This document shows positions 36,297 to 47,282 of a DNA stretch of 64,000 nucleotides, in pieces. Made by a program: the position numbers and the translations under genes. The notes under the pieces are model-generated. The model searched no databases. It was given only the letters and a program-made list of their open reading frames with translations, and was not told where the DNA came from. The DNA is from an uncultured Elusimicrobiales bacterium (GTDB lineage: Bacteria > Elusimicrobiota > Elusimicrobia > Elusimicrobiales > Elusimicrobiaceae): NCBI GenBank assembly GCA_944327085.1, contig CALVGG010000003.1, positions 134,688 through 198,687 of the forward strand, written 5' to 3'. Position 1 is the first letter of the stretch. Each line of letters opens with the position of its first letter.

Positions 36297-37121
36297 ATGA
36301 GAAAAACGCTTCAAAAATCCGTTTCCGTCCGCGGCATAGGGCTGCACACCGGTGTGCCGTCCGTCATGACGTTCAACCCGGCCGATAACGGCATCTCGTT
36401 TTTACGTACCGATATCCCCGGCGCCAAGCCCATTGCGGCGCTGGCTTATAATGTAAGCTCCACCCTGCGCGGAACCAACTTAAAAAACGAAACCGCCGAA
36501 GTATGGACGGTGGAGCATGCACTTTCCGCCCTGCACGCACTGGGCATTACGGACGTGCTGGTGGAAATGGACGGCCCCGAACCGCCTATTATGGACGGGT
36601 CTTCCCTGTTGTTTGCCCAAGCTATTAAAGAAGCCGGCATAAAAGACCTGGGGACGGACCGCCCCACCCTTAAAATCAACCGCAAGATAACTTATTCCAG
36701 CGGCAATATTTCTTACTCGGCCGAGCCGGCAGACAAGCTGACCCTGTCTTTTGAATACATTCACAAGCACCCCCTGGTGGGCCGCCAAACCTATACGGTG
36801 GAATTGACGCCCGATAATTACCTGGCGCAAATTGCCCCCGCACGCACATTCGGGTTTGAAGAAGAATTGGAATTTCTTAAAAAACACGGCCTGGCCAAAG
36901 GCGGCAGCCTGGAAAACGCCATTGTGGTAGGCAAAGACAAATATTTAAACGAACTGCGTTTTAAAGATGAACTGGTGCGCCATAAAATATTGGATTTGGT
37001 GGGCGATTTAAGCCTAACCGCCAAAAATTTGCCTCCTTTAAAAATCTGCTGCTCCTGCGGCGGGCACAAACACAATGTAATTTTTGCTAAACTGTTACTA
37101 GAAAATTCGGAGGACAAATGA
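36297..37121 (+). CDS. lpxC: UDP-3-O-acyl-N-acetylglucosamine deacetylase
   Basis: SVRGIGLHTG, VEHALSAL, RHKILDLVGDL and GGHKHN motifs. Confidence 0.9.
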   Translation: MRKTLQKSVSVRGIGLHTGVPSVMTFNPADNGISFLRTDIPGAKPIAALAYNVSSTLRGTNLKNETAEVWTVEHALSALHALGITDVLVEMDGPEPPIMDGSSLLFAQAIKEAGIKDLGTDRPTLKINRKITYSSGNISYSAEPADKLTLSFEYIHKHPLVGRQTYTVELTPDNYLAQIAPARTFGFEEELEFLKKHGLAKGGSLENAIVVGKDKYLNELRFKDELVRHKILDLVGDLSLTAKNLPPLKICCSCGGHKHNVIFAKLLLENSEDK

Positions 37122-37606
37122 GCGAAAGACGTGATGCGCTTAAATATTTTTTAGAGTTGCCTGTTCTTAGAACATTACATAAAGCAGACATTGAAGCCAG
37201 TATCCCCCACCGGGACCCGTTCCTGTTGGTGGATGAAGTAAACGTACTGGAAGAGAATAAAAAATACGTAGGAATTAAACACGTACGGCCGGACGAATAC
37301 TATTTTAAGGGGCACTTTCCGCAAAAGCCCGTTATGCCGGGCGTGCTGATAGTAGAAACCATTTCCCAGGCGTTTGGCGGCGCCATTATGCGCCAAATTG
37401 CCGATAAAGGCGGCCTGCCGCTGTTTTTAAGCATTGATAATGCCAAATTTCGCGGTATGGTGGTTCCGGGGGACACCCTGGAAATGCCGATAGAAATTAT
37501 CCGTCTCGGAAAGATTTCTAAAATTTACGCCGAGGCTTATGTAAAAGGAAAACTTTGCACACAAGCCAGCCTGACTTTTATTTTAGGAGAAAACCTGCAT
37601 GCCTAA
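37118..37606 (+). CDS. fabZ: 3-hydroxyacyl-ACP dehydratase FabZ
   Basis: PHRDPFLLVDEV and GHFPQKPVMPGVLIVE motifs. ATGA overlap with lpxC. Confidence 0.9.
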   Translation: MSERRDALKYFLELPVLRTLHKADIEASIPHRDPFLLVDEVNVLEENKKYVGIKHVRPDEYYFKGHFPQKPVMPGVLIVETISQAFGGAIMRQIADKGGLPLFLSIDNAKFRGMVVPGDTLEMPIEIIRLGKISKIYAEAYVKGKLCTQASLTFILGENLHA

Positions 37607-38399
37607 TATTCACCCCACTGCTGTTATAGATCCTTCGGCCCAGATAGACCGCTCCACCAAAATCGGCCCGTTTACGGTTATTGGGCCCAATGTAGTTATC
37701 GGGAAAGACAATATTATCGGCCCCCATTGCGTAATTGAAAACACCACCATGGGAGATAAAAACCGCATTATCGCCAGTGCGTTTATCGGCGTAATGCCGC
37801 AAGATTTATCTTATAACGGGGAAGACACCCGCGTGGTAATGGGCAACGGCAACCAAATACGCGAATGCGTAACCATTCACCGCTCCACCAAGCTGGATAT
37901 TCCCACCTCTATCGGCAACAACTGCCTGCTGATGGCCAACTCTCACGTGGCGCATGACTGCCACCTGGGCAACAACATCATTGTGGCCAACAGCACCGGT
38001 ATTGCCGGGCACGTAATTGTGGAGGACCGGGTAGTTATGTCCGGCATGGTTGGTATTCACCAGTTTGTGCGCGTGGGCACCATGGCCATGCTGTCCGGCG
38101 GGGCAATGCTTCCGCTGGATATTCCGCCCTACTGCATTGCCCAGGGGGAACGCGCCCGCCTGGTGGGCATCAATATTGTGGGTATGCGCCGCGCCGGCCT
38201 TTCGCGCGAAACGATTATGGAAATCCGCCGCGCGTTTAAAGCTTTGTTCCGCGGCACCAAACGCCTGGAAGAAGCCATGGCCGAGCTGGAAGCCCAGCAC
38301 CCCTGCAAAGAAGTGCAGCATATGATTGATTTCTGCCGCGCCTCCTCGCGCGGGGTGGCTTTGGCCAAACGCAAAGTGAACGAAGCCGATAATGACTGA
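37599..38399 (+). CDS. lpxA: Acyl-ACP--UDP-N-acetylglucosamine O-acyltransferase
   Basis: IHPTAVIDPSAQI start, hexapeptide repeats and a C-terminal helical domain. 8-nt overlap with fabZ. Confidence 0.9.
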   Translation: MPNIHPTAVIDPSAQIDRSTKIGPFTVIGPNVVIGKDNIIGPHCVIENTTMGDKNRIIASAFIGVMPQDLSYNGEDTRVVMGNGNQIRECVTIHRSTKLDIPTSIGNNCLLMANSHVAHDCHLGNNIIVANSTGIAGHVIVEDRVVMSGMVGIHQFVRVGTMAMLSGGAMLPLDIPPYCIAQGERARLVGINIVGMRRAGLSRETIMEIRRAFKALFRGTKRLEEAMAELEAQHPCKEVQHMIDFCRASSRGVALAKRKVNEADND

Positions 38400-39216
38400 G
38401 AAAATAGGAATCATCGCGGGTGAAGGGAAAATGCCCCTTTACATAGCGCAAAAAGCCGCTCAAAAGGGCTATGAGGTGGTGATTGCCGGCCTGAAAGGCA
38501 ACGCCCGCGAAGAGGACTTTAAAACCATTCCCTGCACGTTCCGCCTGCTTAGGCTGGGGCAGCTGGGTACGGGGCTGGAATTTTTTAAATCCAACGGCGT
38601 TAAAAAAATACTGATGGCCGGGCGCGTGCAGCATACGTCCATCTTTGCCAATTTAATGCCGGATTTGCGCGGGGCCAAATTTTTGGCGTCGCTTAAAAAT
38701 ATGGGCACGCAGTATTTACTCTCCCGCGTGATAGACGAGTTTAAAAAAGAAGGGATTGAGTTTACCAACTCCGCCCTGTTCCTGGAAGATTTTATGCCGG
38801 CCAAAGGCGTTTTAAGCAAACGCACCCCCACCCCGCAGGAAATGCAAACGGTACAATTTGGCTTTAAAATTGCCAAAGCCGTGGCCGAGTTAGATATCGG
38901 GCTTACCTGCGTGGTCAGCCAAAACGCCACCATTGCCGTGGAAGGGATGGAAGGGACGGACAAATGCATTTTGCGCGCGGGAGAGCTATACAAAAAATCG
39001 GCCAATAAAGACGTGCCGGTGGCCGTGGTAAAAGTGGCCCGCCCGCAGCAGGACGAGCGCTTTGACCTGCCTGTTATTGGCAAAGGCACCATAAAAAGCC
39101 TCCACAAAGCCGGCTTTAAACTGCTGGCATTTGAAGCAAAAAAAACCCTGGTGCTGGATTTGGAAGAAGTAATCCGCCTGGCAGACAAATACGGCATAGC
39201 CGTAGTGGCCATTTAA
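38392..39216 (+). CDS. lpxI: UDP-2,3-diacylglucosamine pyrophosphatase LpxI (DUF1009)
   Basis: IGIIAGEGKMPLYIA N-terminus and about 274 aa. It sits directly after lpxA with an 8-nt overlap. Confidence 0.75.
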   Translation: MTEKIGIIAGEGKMPLYIAQKAAQKGYEVVIAGLKGNAREEDFKTIPCTFRLLRLGQLGTGLEFFKSNGVKKILMAGRVQHTSIFANLMPDLRGAKFLASLKNMGTQYLLSRVIDEFKKEGIEFTNSALFLEDFMPAKGVLSKRTPTPQEMQTVQFGFKIAKAVAELDIGLTCVVSQNATIAVEGMEGTDKCILRAGELYKKSANKDVPVAVVKVARPQQDERFDLPVIGKGTIKSLHKAGFKLLAFEAKKTLVLDLEEVIRLADKYGIAVVAI

Positions 39217-39237
39217 CAGATTAAGCTTATTTTTTCA

Positions 39238-39261
39238 CCCGGCTTTGCGGCCGGGTTTTTT
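39238..39261 (+). terminator. Intrinsic terminator after lpxI
   Basis: CCCGGC / GCCGGG stem followed by TTTTTT. Confidence 0.8.
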
Positions 39262-39381
39262 ATAGATAAAAAACCCTTTTTCAGGCTTTTCAAACGCCCC
39301 CTTATTTGATAGTATTTAATAGGATACTTCCCCCTTTTTGCGGGAGAAGAATTTGCCGTATTTTAATACAGAGGGAAAAAC

Positions 39382-40140
39382 ATGACCAAAAGAACACCTA
39401 TCATCGCCGGAAACTGGAAGATGCATAACACGCTGGCAGAATCTGCCGCGCTTATTGAAGGCTTAACCAAAAATTTTGAAAATAAACAAAATGCTGAAGT
39501 TATTGTAGCCCCGTCCTACACCTCTTTGGCCAAAGTGGCCGAACTGTGCAAAGGCACCGCCATTGAAGTGGCCACGCAGGACGTACACTGGGAAGACAAA
39601 GGCGCTTTTACCAGCGCGGTTTCCCCCGTGCAGGCTAAAGACGCTGGCGCCACCCACACCATCATCGGCCACAGCGAACGCCGCAGCGTGTTTGGCGATA
39701 CGGACGAAATTTTAAACAAAAAAGTAGCCGCTGCCCTGCGCCACGGCTTAACCGTTATCTTCTGCGTGGGTGAAACCTTGGAAGAACGCGAAGCCAACAA
39801 AACCCTCAGCGTGATTGAAGGCCAGCTGGAAGGCGGCTTGAAAGGATTTACCGAAGAGCAATTAAAAGGCTTAATTATCGCTTACGAACCGGTATGGGCC
39901 ATCGGCACCGGCAAAACCGCCACGCCGCAGCAGGCGCAGGAAGTACATGCCGCCATCCGCAAATATCTGGCCGGTAAATATTCCGACGCGTTCGCCCAAG
40001 CTACCCGCATTTTGTACGGCGGCAGCGTGAAGGATTCCAACGTGGACGAAATTATGGCTCAGGAAGACGTGGACGGCGCTTTAGTGGGCGGCCAGTCTTT
40101 AATCGCGGAAAAATTCCGCCGCATTATTAACTTTAACTAA
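39382..40140 (+). CDS. tpiA: Triosephosphate isomerase
   Basis: [17 protein letters not shown] and [15 protein letters not shown] motifs. Confidence 0.92.
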   Translation: MTKRTPIIAGNWKMHNTLAESAALIEGLTKNFENKQNAEVIVAPSYTSLAKVAELCKGTAIEVATQDVHWEDKGAFTSAVSPVQAKDAGATHTIIGHSERRSVFGDTDEILNKKVAAALRHGLTVIFCVGETLEEREANKTLSVIEGQLEGGLKGFTEEQLKGLIIAYEPVWAIGTGKTATPQQAQEVHAAIRKYLAGKYSDAFAQATRILYGGSVKDSNVDEIMAQEDVDGALVGGQSLIAEKFRRIINFN

Positions 40141-40151
40141 AAGAGGCGCTT

Positions 40152-40796
40152 ATGAACCTTGCCAAAGTAATAGACCATACCCTGCTTAAACCCACCGCCA
40201 CCCGGGCCGATATAGAAAAACTCTGCCGGGAAGCCTTAGAACACGGCTTTTTTAGCGTGTGCATTAACCCCTGCTGGGTTAGCACCGCGCATGAGCTGTT
40301 AAAAGGAAGCGATGTGAAAACCTGCACGGTAATTGGTTTCCCCTTGGGGGCAAATACTACCGAGGCCAAGGTTTTTGAAGCCCAAAACGCCTTGAACAAC
40401 GGCGCCGATGAATTGGATATGGTCATCAACATCGGCGCCTTAAAAGGCAAAGATTATCAAACCGTTCTGCAAGACATACGCCAAATACGCGCCTTGGGGG
40501 ACGGATTTACTTTAAAAGTAATTATTGAAACGTCCGAACTGACGGACGAAGAAAAAGTAAAAGCCTGCCAGCTGGCGGCCGAAGCGGGGGCCGATTTTGT
40601 AAAAACCTCCACCGGCTTTTCCAGCGGCGGGGCAACAGTACACGATGTTGCGCTGATGAAAAAATCCATCCCTGCCGGCATGCAGGTAAAAGCATCCGGC
40701 GGTGTGCGCACGCGGGAAGACGCCCAGGCCATGCTGGCCGCCGGTGCCACCCGCTTGGGCGCCAGCAGCGGTATTAAAATTATTGAGGGCAAATGA
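40152..40796 (+). CDS. deoC: Deoxyribose-phosphate aldolase
   Basis: [15 protein letters not shown] and FVKTSTGF (Schiff-base Lys) motifs. Confidence 0.88.
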   Translation: MNLAKVIDHTLLKPTATRADIEKLCREALEHGFFSVCINPCWVSTAHELLKGSDVKTCTVIGFPLGANTTEAKVFEAQNALNNGADELDMVINIGALKGKDYQTVLQDIRQIRALGDGFTLKVIIETSELTDEEKVKACQLAAEAGADFVKTSTGFSSGGATVHDVALMKKSIPAGMQVKASGGVRTREDAQAMLAAGATRLGASSGIKIIEGK

Positions 40797-43700
40797 TTAA
40801 TAATTGGGATATTATCTCTCGTATTGATCCGCAAACCAAAAGCCTGCTTTACAGCCTAGTAACCGACGGAACGGAGCACGACGCGCGGCTGATTGCCAAA
40901 AAATTGGCCGGCTACGCCAAGGCCCCCACCCCAGCGGTGGCTCCGTATGTGTATCAATTTGAACTGCCGGCCGATATGGATGAAGGCCTGCTGGATAAAA
41001 TCCGCACGGCAGTGTCCGAGGGGATAGCCCAAACCAATAAAGTAAATCAATTTGTTCCGGGAGGCGTGTTGGGTGAGCCCCTGTTCAACCAAGACGTTAC
41101 CAAAGAAGATAAAGACTTTCCCACTTTTTTAACCTTAGATCCTTCCGCCAGTTTCTTTCAACCGCAGGATAAAATACCGGGTATGGAAAACGCTTCCGGC
41201 AAAGAGCGCCGTTCTATTAATCTGGACGAGGCCACTGATTTGCAGGTAGAACAGCAAACGCTGCAAACACCCGACGTGCCCCCGCAACCGCAGGAAGCGG
41301 CGCCACAGCCGCCAGCAGAGCCGCAGCAGGAAGAGGTGCAGGAAGAAAAATTTTTAACCTCTCCGGAATCTGCCGAACCATGGCCCGCCGCGGCACAGGC
41401 CCCCAAACCGGCGCAAGCTGCGCCCGCGGCCCCGCAGGAAAACGCCCCAACAGAAGAAGACGCTTTGCTTCGTAAAGACGCACCGTCGGCCGAATCCCTG
41501 CAGGAACCCGAAACCGGCAATCCTATCAACGATAAAGACATGCTGATTAAGGACATGGAAGGCACCCTGCTGGACCAAATGCCGCTGGAAGACATTTTTG
41601 AAGCCAAAACCAAATATGATATGTTCCTGGATGTGAACGACCCCAAAGCCAGCCAGCAGGCTAACCAAATGCGGGAACAAAAACTGGATAATTTGGCCGA
41701 CGGGAAAGACAGCCTGGAAGCCACTTTTAACGTTTTTGAACAGAAATTAAAAGACGAAACCGCTTTTATGGATGTCAACGATATTTCTGAATTGGAACGC
41801 CTGCCGCGTAAAAAACAGGAAACATCGCTTACGCAAATATCTTCCAAACCGGTGGAAGAAGATAAAACGCCGCAAGAGGTAAACCCCTCCGTGCAGCCGA
41901 CGGAGCCTGCTACGGATCAATCCATTAAGTTGCACGCCCGCGTTACACAAGAAGGGGAAGGCACCATTCAAATTCCGCAGGACGTTCCCACCGTGCGCGA
42001 AACGCCTGCCCCGCCGCAAACGCAAACAGGCAGCACCTTAAAGCTTAACCGCCGGGAAGATTCTTCCCTGCATTCCGTTTCATTTAATACGCAAACACCT
42101 AACACTGCCCCGGCGGAGCAACCCCCCGCAGAACCGGCCCAACAAATGCCGGAAGAGGTGGAAATTCTCAACACCGTTCCACCGGTGCCGGGTGTAAGCG
42201 TGCGCCATTTTGACGCAACAGAACACCCCCGCCCGCCGCAAAATGTGCCGCAAGGGGAAGATTTGCCCGAAATTACCATCCGGGAAAAAATAGACGCACT
42301 GGACAAAACTTTTAATTTGGAAACCACGATGAATACGGAGGTTTTGCGCCGCACTTTTCAGCAAACGCTAAGCGGCACTACACCGCCGCCTGCTACGGCC
42401 AAACCTGCCCAACAGACTCAACAACCTAAGCCGCAAACGCCCGAGGTTTCCCCTCAGCCGCAGCAGCCGGCCCAAACACAGCAACCGGCACAGCCGCAGC
42501 AAACCCAGCCGGCCACCCCGGCACAGCCTGCCCAGCAGATTCCGGTTTCTCCGCGCCAAACATTTCGCATTCGGCTTAAGAAACCGCTGGTACAGGAAAA
42601 TCAATCAAAAAATTTACAAAACGATAAAAAGGCGGAACAGTTTATGGAAGAAAATCACGAAGAAAAAACCACTTTTCGCATTCGGCGAAAAATAGCGGCC
42701 CCGCAGCCGCAGGTGCCGCATGCACCCCAACAACCGGTATCCCCGGCCCATACCACGCCGGCTCAACCGGCCCATACGGCCCCTGCGCAGCCGCAACAAG
42801 CCGCACCGGTACAACCGGTTCATACGGCCCAGCCCGCTGCTGCCCAACCGCACGCGGCGCCCGCCCAGCAGCCGGCTGCCAGACCGGGCACCTCTTTAGG
42901 GCCTAATTCTTCCGGCTCGCATGTAGAAAAAACAAAAACGATTGACCATTCCATAGAACTGCCTTTATCTGAACTTAAAAAACACAATTGGCCGCTGGAA
43001 GTTCCGCTGGTGCCCACGTTTACGTTAGAAAACTTGGTCATCTCCGTCAATCGTTTTGCACACGCCACGGCTATTTCCGTTATTGATTCCCCCGGCAAGT
43101 TATACAACCCCCTGGTACTGTACGGACCGACCGGCACCGGCAAAACCCACTTTTTAAATGCCATCGGCTATGCCATGAGCCAAAAACTGGGCCAGGAAAA
43201 TATTTTTATGACCAACGGGGTGCGTTTCTCCCGCGGTATCCAGCGCTATGTAATGGAAGGCAATATTGAGAAGTTTGAAAAATTTATGGACTCCGTACAA
43301 GTGTTGCTGATTGACGACATCCACCTGGTAGCCGTTAACGAGCAAAACCGCATGTACATTTCCAAGTTGCTCAATAAATTTTTGCGGGAACAAAAACAAA
43401 TTGTCATTACTTCCAAATATCCGCCGGAATCGCTGGCTAAATTGGAAGAATTAATTAATTTTAAGTTGGACTCCGGCTGGATTTCCGAATTAAAAACCGC
43501 CCAAGGCCCGGCGCATTTTAAAATTGTTAAAAAAATGCTGGCGGATAACGGCGTGGACTTGACGGACAGCCAGGTGCAAAATTTCTTTGGCGCGCCGAAT
43601 ATGACGCTCAGCACCGTTTCCCGCAGTATACGCCGCATTAAAGTGCTGGAAAACATCATCTTCCCCGGCCTGACCAATGCGGACCGTTCCCAAGCCATGA

Positions 43701-44179
43701 TTTTGGAAAAACTTTTAGCCACCAAGGGCGAAGACAAGACCAGCATGATTTGGAAACGCGACATAGACGAAATCACCACCCTCCCCCCGTTTGGCAAAGG
43801 GGAATGGGGGCGCATCGGTTTTTTCTACCCGCATAACAATTCCAATATGATGAACTGGATGGTGTATGCCTTGTCCGAACGGGCCAAGGAACTGGGCGTG
43901 GAAGGCAGTTTTGAAATTGCAGTGCGCTCTTCTTACGCTACGGAAAACATCATTTCCTCCGCCTTTAAAATTGCCAACCTGTGTGACAACAAAAAGTTAA
44001 AAGGCGCCGTGATATTGGGGCCGTCTTTACAGGTGTGCGACCCTTCCGTAAGGGAAAATTTCTATGATATTTTAACCCACATGCTGGAGGTTATGCTCAT
44101 CCGCTGCGGCATTATTAATATGGAAGACGTAAAACTGCCCAGCACGTATGTTAAATTAATCTCGGAATTATTGAGGTAA
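40793..44179 (+). CDS. Orphan DnaA/Hda-family AAA+ ATPase with a long low-complexity region and no recognisable DNA-binding domain
   Basis: 1128 aa. Walker [10 protein letters not shown] (aa 778-786; nt 43124..43150) and Walker B LLIDDI (DD at nt 43313..43318), co-linear with DnaA domain III ([22 protein letters not shown]; [10 protein letters not shown]). Aa about 100-730 are Pro/Gln/Ala/Glu-rich. ATGA overlap with the deoC stop. Confidence 0.7.
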   Translation: MINNWDIISRIDPQTKSLLYSLVTDGTEHDARLIAKKLAGYAKAPTPAVAPYVYQFELPADMDEGLLDKIRTAVSEGIAQTNKVNQFVPGGVLGEPLFNQDVTKEDKDFPTFLTLDPSASFFQPQDKIPGMENASGKERRSINLDEATDLQVEQQTLQTPDVPPQPQEAAPQPPAEPQQEEVQEEKFLTSPESAEPWPAAAQAPKPAQAAPAAPQENAPTEEDALLRKDAPSAESLQEPETGNPINDKDMLIKDMEGTLLDQMPLEDIFEAKTKYDMFLDVNDPKASQQANQMREQKLDNLADGKDSLEATFNVFEQKLKDETAFMDVNDISELERLPRKKQETSLTQISSKPVEEDKTPQEVNPSVQPTEPATDQSIKLHARVTQEGEGTIQIPQDVPTVRETPAPPQTQTGSTLKLNRREDSSLHSVSFNTQTPNTAPAEQPPAEPAQQMPEEVEILNTVPPVPGVSVRHFDATEHPRPPQNVPQGEDLPEITIREKIDALDKTFNLETTMNTEVLRRTFQQTLSGTTPPPATAKPAQQTQQPKPQTPEVSPQPQQPAQTQQPAQPQQTQPATPAQPAQQIPVSPRQTFRIRLKKPLVQENQSKNLQNDKKAEQFMEENHEEKTTFRIRRKIAAPQPQVPHAPQQPVSPAHTTPAQPAHTAPAQPQQAAPVQPVHTAQPAAAQPHAAPAQQPAARPGTSLGPNSSGSHVEKTKTIDHSIELPLSELKKHNWPLEVPLVPTFTLENLVISVNRFAHATAISVIDSPGKLYNPLVLYGPTGTGKTHFLNAIGYAMSQKLGQENIFMTNGVRFSRGIQRYVMEGNIEKFEKFMDSVQVLLIDDIHLVAVNEQNRMYISKLLNKFLREQKQIVITSKYPPESLAKLEELINFKLDSGWISELKTAQGPAHFKIVKKMLADNGVDLTDSQVQNFFGAPNMTLSTVSRSIRRIKVLENIIFPGLTNADRSQAMILEKLLATKGEDKTSMIWKRDIDEITTLPPFGKGEWGRIGFFYPHNNSNMMNWMVYALSERAKELGVEGSFEIAVRSSYATENIISSAFKIANLCDNKKLKGAVILGPSLQVCDPSVRENFYDILTHMLEVMLIRCGIINMEDVKLPSTYVKLISELLR
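42563..42686 (+). repeat. In-frame duplicated motif (T)FRIR(L/R)K encoded by an exact 13-nt repeat
   Basis: TTTCGCATTCGGC occurs at 42563..42575 and again at 42674..42686, 111 nt apart. The copies encode [10 protein letters not shown] and [12 protein letters not shown]. Confidence 0.8.
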
Positions 44180-44184
44180 TAAGA

Positions 44185-44634
44185 ATGAAAAAACTGACGC
44201 TTTGTTTTGTTTGCGCTTTGGCTTTATGCGCCTGCGCCGGCGGTATGAAAACCGCTGTAAAAGACGGCAAAATTGCACCGGAATTTAATGACACGCTGGT
44301 AGACAGCGATTATTTATGGGTAAGAGGATTCGGCGCAGCCAACCCGGAACACAAAACCGAATCCCAACGCCGCATTATGAGCCGCGAAGCCGCCATTGCC
44401 CACGCGTATCAACGCGCCATTGAAGTGCTCTACGGTGCCAATTTGGACGCGGACGTGGAAGTGGTGGACGCGGTATCTTCCGGTTCCACCATTCGCTCCT
44501 CTGCCGAGGGCGTAGTAAACGGGATGGAGCTGGTTTCCACCGAATATTTGGCCGATGACGGCTGCGCCGTTATTATGCGCCTGCCTCGCCAACGCTTAAG
44601 CGAAGCCGGATTTAATTTAAAGGAAACCCACTAA
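44185..44634 (+). CDS. Small lipoprotein, LPP20-like
   Basis: Lipobox LALCACAG. The segment YLWVRGFGAANPEHKTESQRRIMSREAAIAHAYQRAIEVLYG resembles the LPP20 lipoprotein family (from memory). Confidence 0.55.
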   Translation: MKKLTLCFVCALALCACAGGMKTAVKDGKIAPEFNDTLVDSDYLWVRGFGAANPEHKTESQRRIMSREAAIAHAYQRAIEVLYGANLDADVEVVDAVSSGSTIRSSAEGVVNGMELVSTEYLADDGCAVIMRLPRQRLSEAGFNLKETH

Positions 44635-45743
44635 TGAAAAAACTGATTATTTGTCTGTTAGCTGCCAGCGTGTTTACGGCCGCGTGCGGCTCTATACGCA
44701 TAGGCCCCAAAGGGGAAGGGGAATACGTGATTGCGGAATCTTTGGTTCCGTATGATGAAAACAACATCCGCCAAATGAAAAAAGACGGTGAACTGGAAGC
44801 CCAAAAACAAGCGGTAGAAAAAGTGGCCGGCGTGTTTATTTCTTCCACCGCCACGGTGGACCAAGCCCAACTGGTGGAAGACAAAATTACTTCCAAATCC
44901 GCCGGTTTTATCCGCCGTTACCACACGCAAAAAGCTTACCGCAAAAATGACCAATGGTACACCCGCATTAAAGCCATGGTGCTGGTGAAAGACATTGGCG
45001 ACGTGATTAAACAGTCCGAGTCGGACGCTTTTGCCAAAAAAACCACTATTTTGGTTGCCTCGCGCGAAACGGTGGGGGACGAAGTTTCCTTAAAACAAGA
45101 TTGCAAACAGGCCGTTTACCGCGCCATGAAAGAACAACCCTTTGCCCTGGTAAACGGGGATAACTTAAGCCAAAACAATTTGGATAACCCCAACCAAACC
45201 ATAGACAAAGCCCGCCGCGACGGCGCCCGCTTTTTAATTATTGCCGATGTGGAAACCAAACCTTTAACCACCCTGGCTACGGGAATAACTTCCCCGTTTA
45301 AAACGTACCGCGCCAGCGTGAATATGAAGGCCGTTTCCACCAAAAATTACGAAGTGGTGGCCGAAGCCGCCCAGCAATTAAGCGGCTTGGACCCGCTGGA
45401 AGACATTGCGGCGCAAAAATCCATTTCCGCCGCGTGTGAAGCCGCCGCCAAACAGCTGGTGGAACCGCTGAATGCGGCTATTAACTCCGCATTAACATAC
45501 AATTTACGTGTGGAAAACGTAAATAATATTGAACGCCTTCGCCAGTTGCAGGACATTTTAAAAGAACTGCGCGAAATTGAAGATTTCAATTTGGTAAAGT
45601 ACAGTAACTCCGCCGCCTATTTTGAAATTTCAGCCAATATTTCCTCCGGGGAAGAACTGGTGGCCAAAATACTGCGCAAATACAACCAAACTTTTACGGT
45701 GATGAACGTTACCCCGCAAGGAATTGTACTGAACTTTATTTAA
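44634..45743 (+). CDS. Lipoprotein with an N-terminal LPP20-like segment and additional domains
   Basis: Lipobox FTAACGS. The motif ...ELEAQKQAVEKVAGVFISSTATV... is similar to the preceding gene. TAATG overlap with the upstream gene and no gap before comM. Confidence 0.55.
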   Translation: MKKLIICLLAASVFTAACGSIRIGPKGEGEYVIAESLVPYDENNIRQMKKDGELEAQKQAVEKVAGVFISSTATVDQAQLVEDKITSKSAGFIRRYHTQKAYRKNDQWYTRIKAMVLVKDIGDVIKQSESDAFAKKTTILVASRETVGDEVSLKQDCKQAVYRAMKEQPFALVNGDNLSQNNLDNPNQTIDKARRDGARFLIIADVETKPLTTLATGITSPFKTYRASVNMKAVSTKNYEVVAEAAQQLSGLDPLEDIAAQKSISAACEAAAKQLVEPLNAAINSALTYNLRVENVNNIERLRQLQDILKELREIEDFNLVKYSNSAAYFEISANISSGEELVAKILRKYNQTFTVMNVTPQGIVLNFI

Positions 45744-47282
45744 ATGTTATCTAAGGTAAACGCTTGCGCCATTAAAGGCATAGACGGGTTTTTAGTATCG
45801 GTAGAGGTGGACATTGCCCCGGGCATGCCCACCTTATCCGTCGTTGGGCTGCCCGATACGGAAGTGAAAGAAAGCAAGGAACGCGTGATTGCCGCTTTGC
45901 GCAACAGCGGGTTTGATTTCCCGCTAAAACGCATTACCGTAAACCTAAGCCCGGCCGAACAACGCAAAAGCGGTACCCAGTTTGATTTGCCTATAGCCGT
46001 GGGTATTTTAGCCGCAAGCGAGCAACTCTCCCCCGCCGCCCGCCGCCAACTAGATAAATATTTATTTATGGGGGAACTGGCGCTGGACGGTGCCCTGCGC
46101 CCCTGCGCCGGGGTGCTGCCTATGCTTATTTCCACCAAAAGCGCAGGCAAAACGGCTGTTATCCCCCCGCAGAACGTGCAGGAAGGAAGCATTTCTTCCG
46201 TTCCGTTTATTACCCCGCATACATTGCGGAGCCTGGCCGATTTTTTGGAAGGCAAACTGCCGCCGGAAGCTGTCGTGTTAAATTTTATTCCCCCGCAGGA
46301 AGAGGAACCGGCCCCCGCGCCGGATTTCTGTGAAGTAAAAGGCCAACCCTTGGCCAAACGCGCGCTGGAAATTGCCGCCGCCGGCGGGCACAATGTGCTG
46401 ATGATCGGGCTGCCGGGCACGGGCAAAAGCATGCTGGCCAAGCGCTTTCCGGGCATACTTCCGCCGCTTACCCCGGCCGAAGCGCTGGAAATAACCAAAA
46501 TTTATTCCATTTGCAATTTAATGGGCAAAAGCCGCCTGATTACCAAACGCCCGTTTCGGGACCCGCACCACACCATTTCCGATGCGGCCCTCATTGGCGG
46601 CGGCACCAACCCGCGCCCGGGGGAAGTGTCCCTGGCGCATAACGGCGTGCTGTTTTTGGACGAATTTGCCGAATTTTCCCGCTCCAGCCTGGAAGTATTG
46701 CGCGAACCGCTGGAAAACGGCGTGGTAACCATTTCCCGCGCCAAAGAAAGCGTTACTTTTCCGGCGCGCTTTACCCTGCTTGCGGCCATGAACCCCTGCC
46801 CCTGCGGCAACTTGGGGCACCCGCATAAAGCCTGCACCTGCTCACCCGCGCAAATTAACCGCTACCGGGCCCGCATTTCCGGCCCGTTGCTGGATCGTAT
46901 TGATTTAACCGTTAATTTAAACCCCGTTACTTACGAAGATTGGAACCAGAAAGAAGAGGGCGAACACTCAGCAGATATTCTTAAACGCGTGATGGCGGCG
47001 CGGGAGAGGCAGGCCCGGCGCTTTGCCCACTCTTCCACCACGGCTAACGCATTTATGACGCCGGCCGAAATAAAACAATTCTGCCCGCTCCCCCCTGGGG
47101 CGGACACGGTGCTGGAAGCCGCCATGCGCAAACTGGGCCTCAGCGCGCGCAGTTTGGACAAAATTTTAAAAACCGCCCGCACCATTGCGGACCTGGAACA
47201 AAAAGAGCATATTGAAACCCGGCACATTATAGAGGTATTGCAATACCGCCCGCTGGACCGCAAAGGAGTGGCAGACATTTAA
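45744..47282 (+). CDS. comM: Mg-chelatase-like AAA+ protein ComM/YifB
   Basis: MLSKVNACAIKGIDGFLVSVEVD N-terminus, Walker A GLPGTGKSM, GVLFLDEF, and 512 aa in length. Confidence 0.88.
   Translation: MLSKVNACAIKGIDGFLVSVEVDIAPGMPTLSVVGLPDTEVKESKERVIAALRNSGFDFPLKRITVNLSPAEQRKSGTQFDLPIAVGILAASEQLSPAARRQLDKYLFMGELALDGALRPCAGVLPMLISTKSAGKTAVIPPQNVQEGSISSVPFITPHTLRSLADFLEGKLPPEAVVLNFIPPQEEEPAPAPDFCEVKGQPLAKRALEIAAAGGHNVLMIGLPGTGKSMLAKRFPGILPPLTPAEALEITKIYSICNLMGKSRLITKRPFRDPHHTISDAALIGGGTNPRPGEVSLAHNGVLFLDEFAEFSRSSLEVLREPLENGVVTISRAKESVTFPARFTLLAAMNPCPCGNLGHPHKACTCSPAQINRYRARISGPLLDRIDLTVNLNPVTYEDWNQKEEGEHSADILKRVMAARERQARRFAHSSTTANAFMTPAEIKQFCPLPPGADTVLEAAMRKLGLSARSLDKILKTARTIADLEQKEHIETRHIIEVLQYRPLDRKGVADI

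Noticed and set aside
41250-42900. Repetitive CAG/CCG/GCC-rich DNA, considered as a tandem-repeat or CRISPR-like array.
   Set aside because: The repeats are imperfect and in frame, and they encode Pro/Gln/Ala low complexity inside one long ORF. There is no repeat-spacer periodicity.
45740-46498. Long antisense ORFs of 190-270 aa opposite well-supported genes. Examples are 1342..2160, 5760..6578, 33723..34409, 38469..39212, 41158..41847, 43246..43815, 45740..46498 and 47570..48145.
   Set aside because: Each lies fully inside a sense-strand gene with strong family motifs. Their products are low-complexity and Ser/Ala/Gly/Arg-rich, and they lack RBSs. This is the typical stop-codon-poor antisense frame of a GC-moderate genome.
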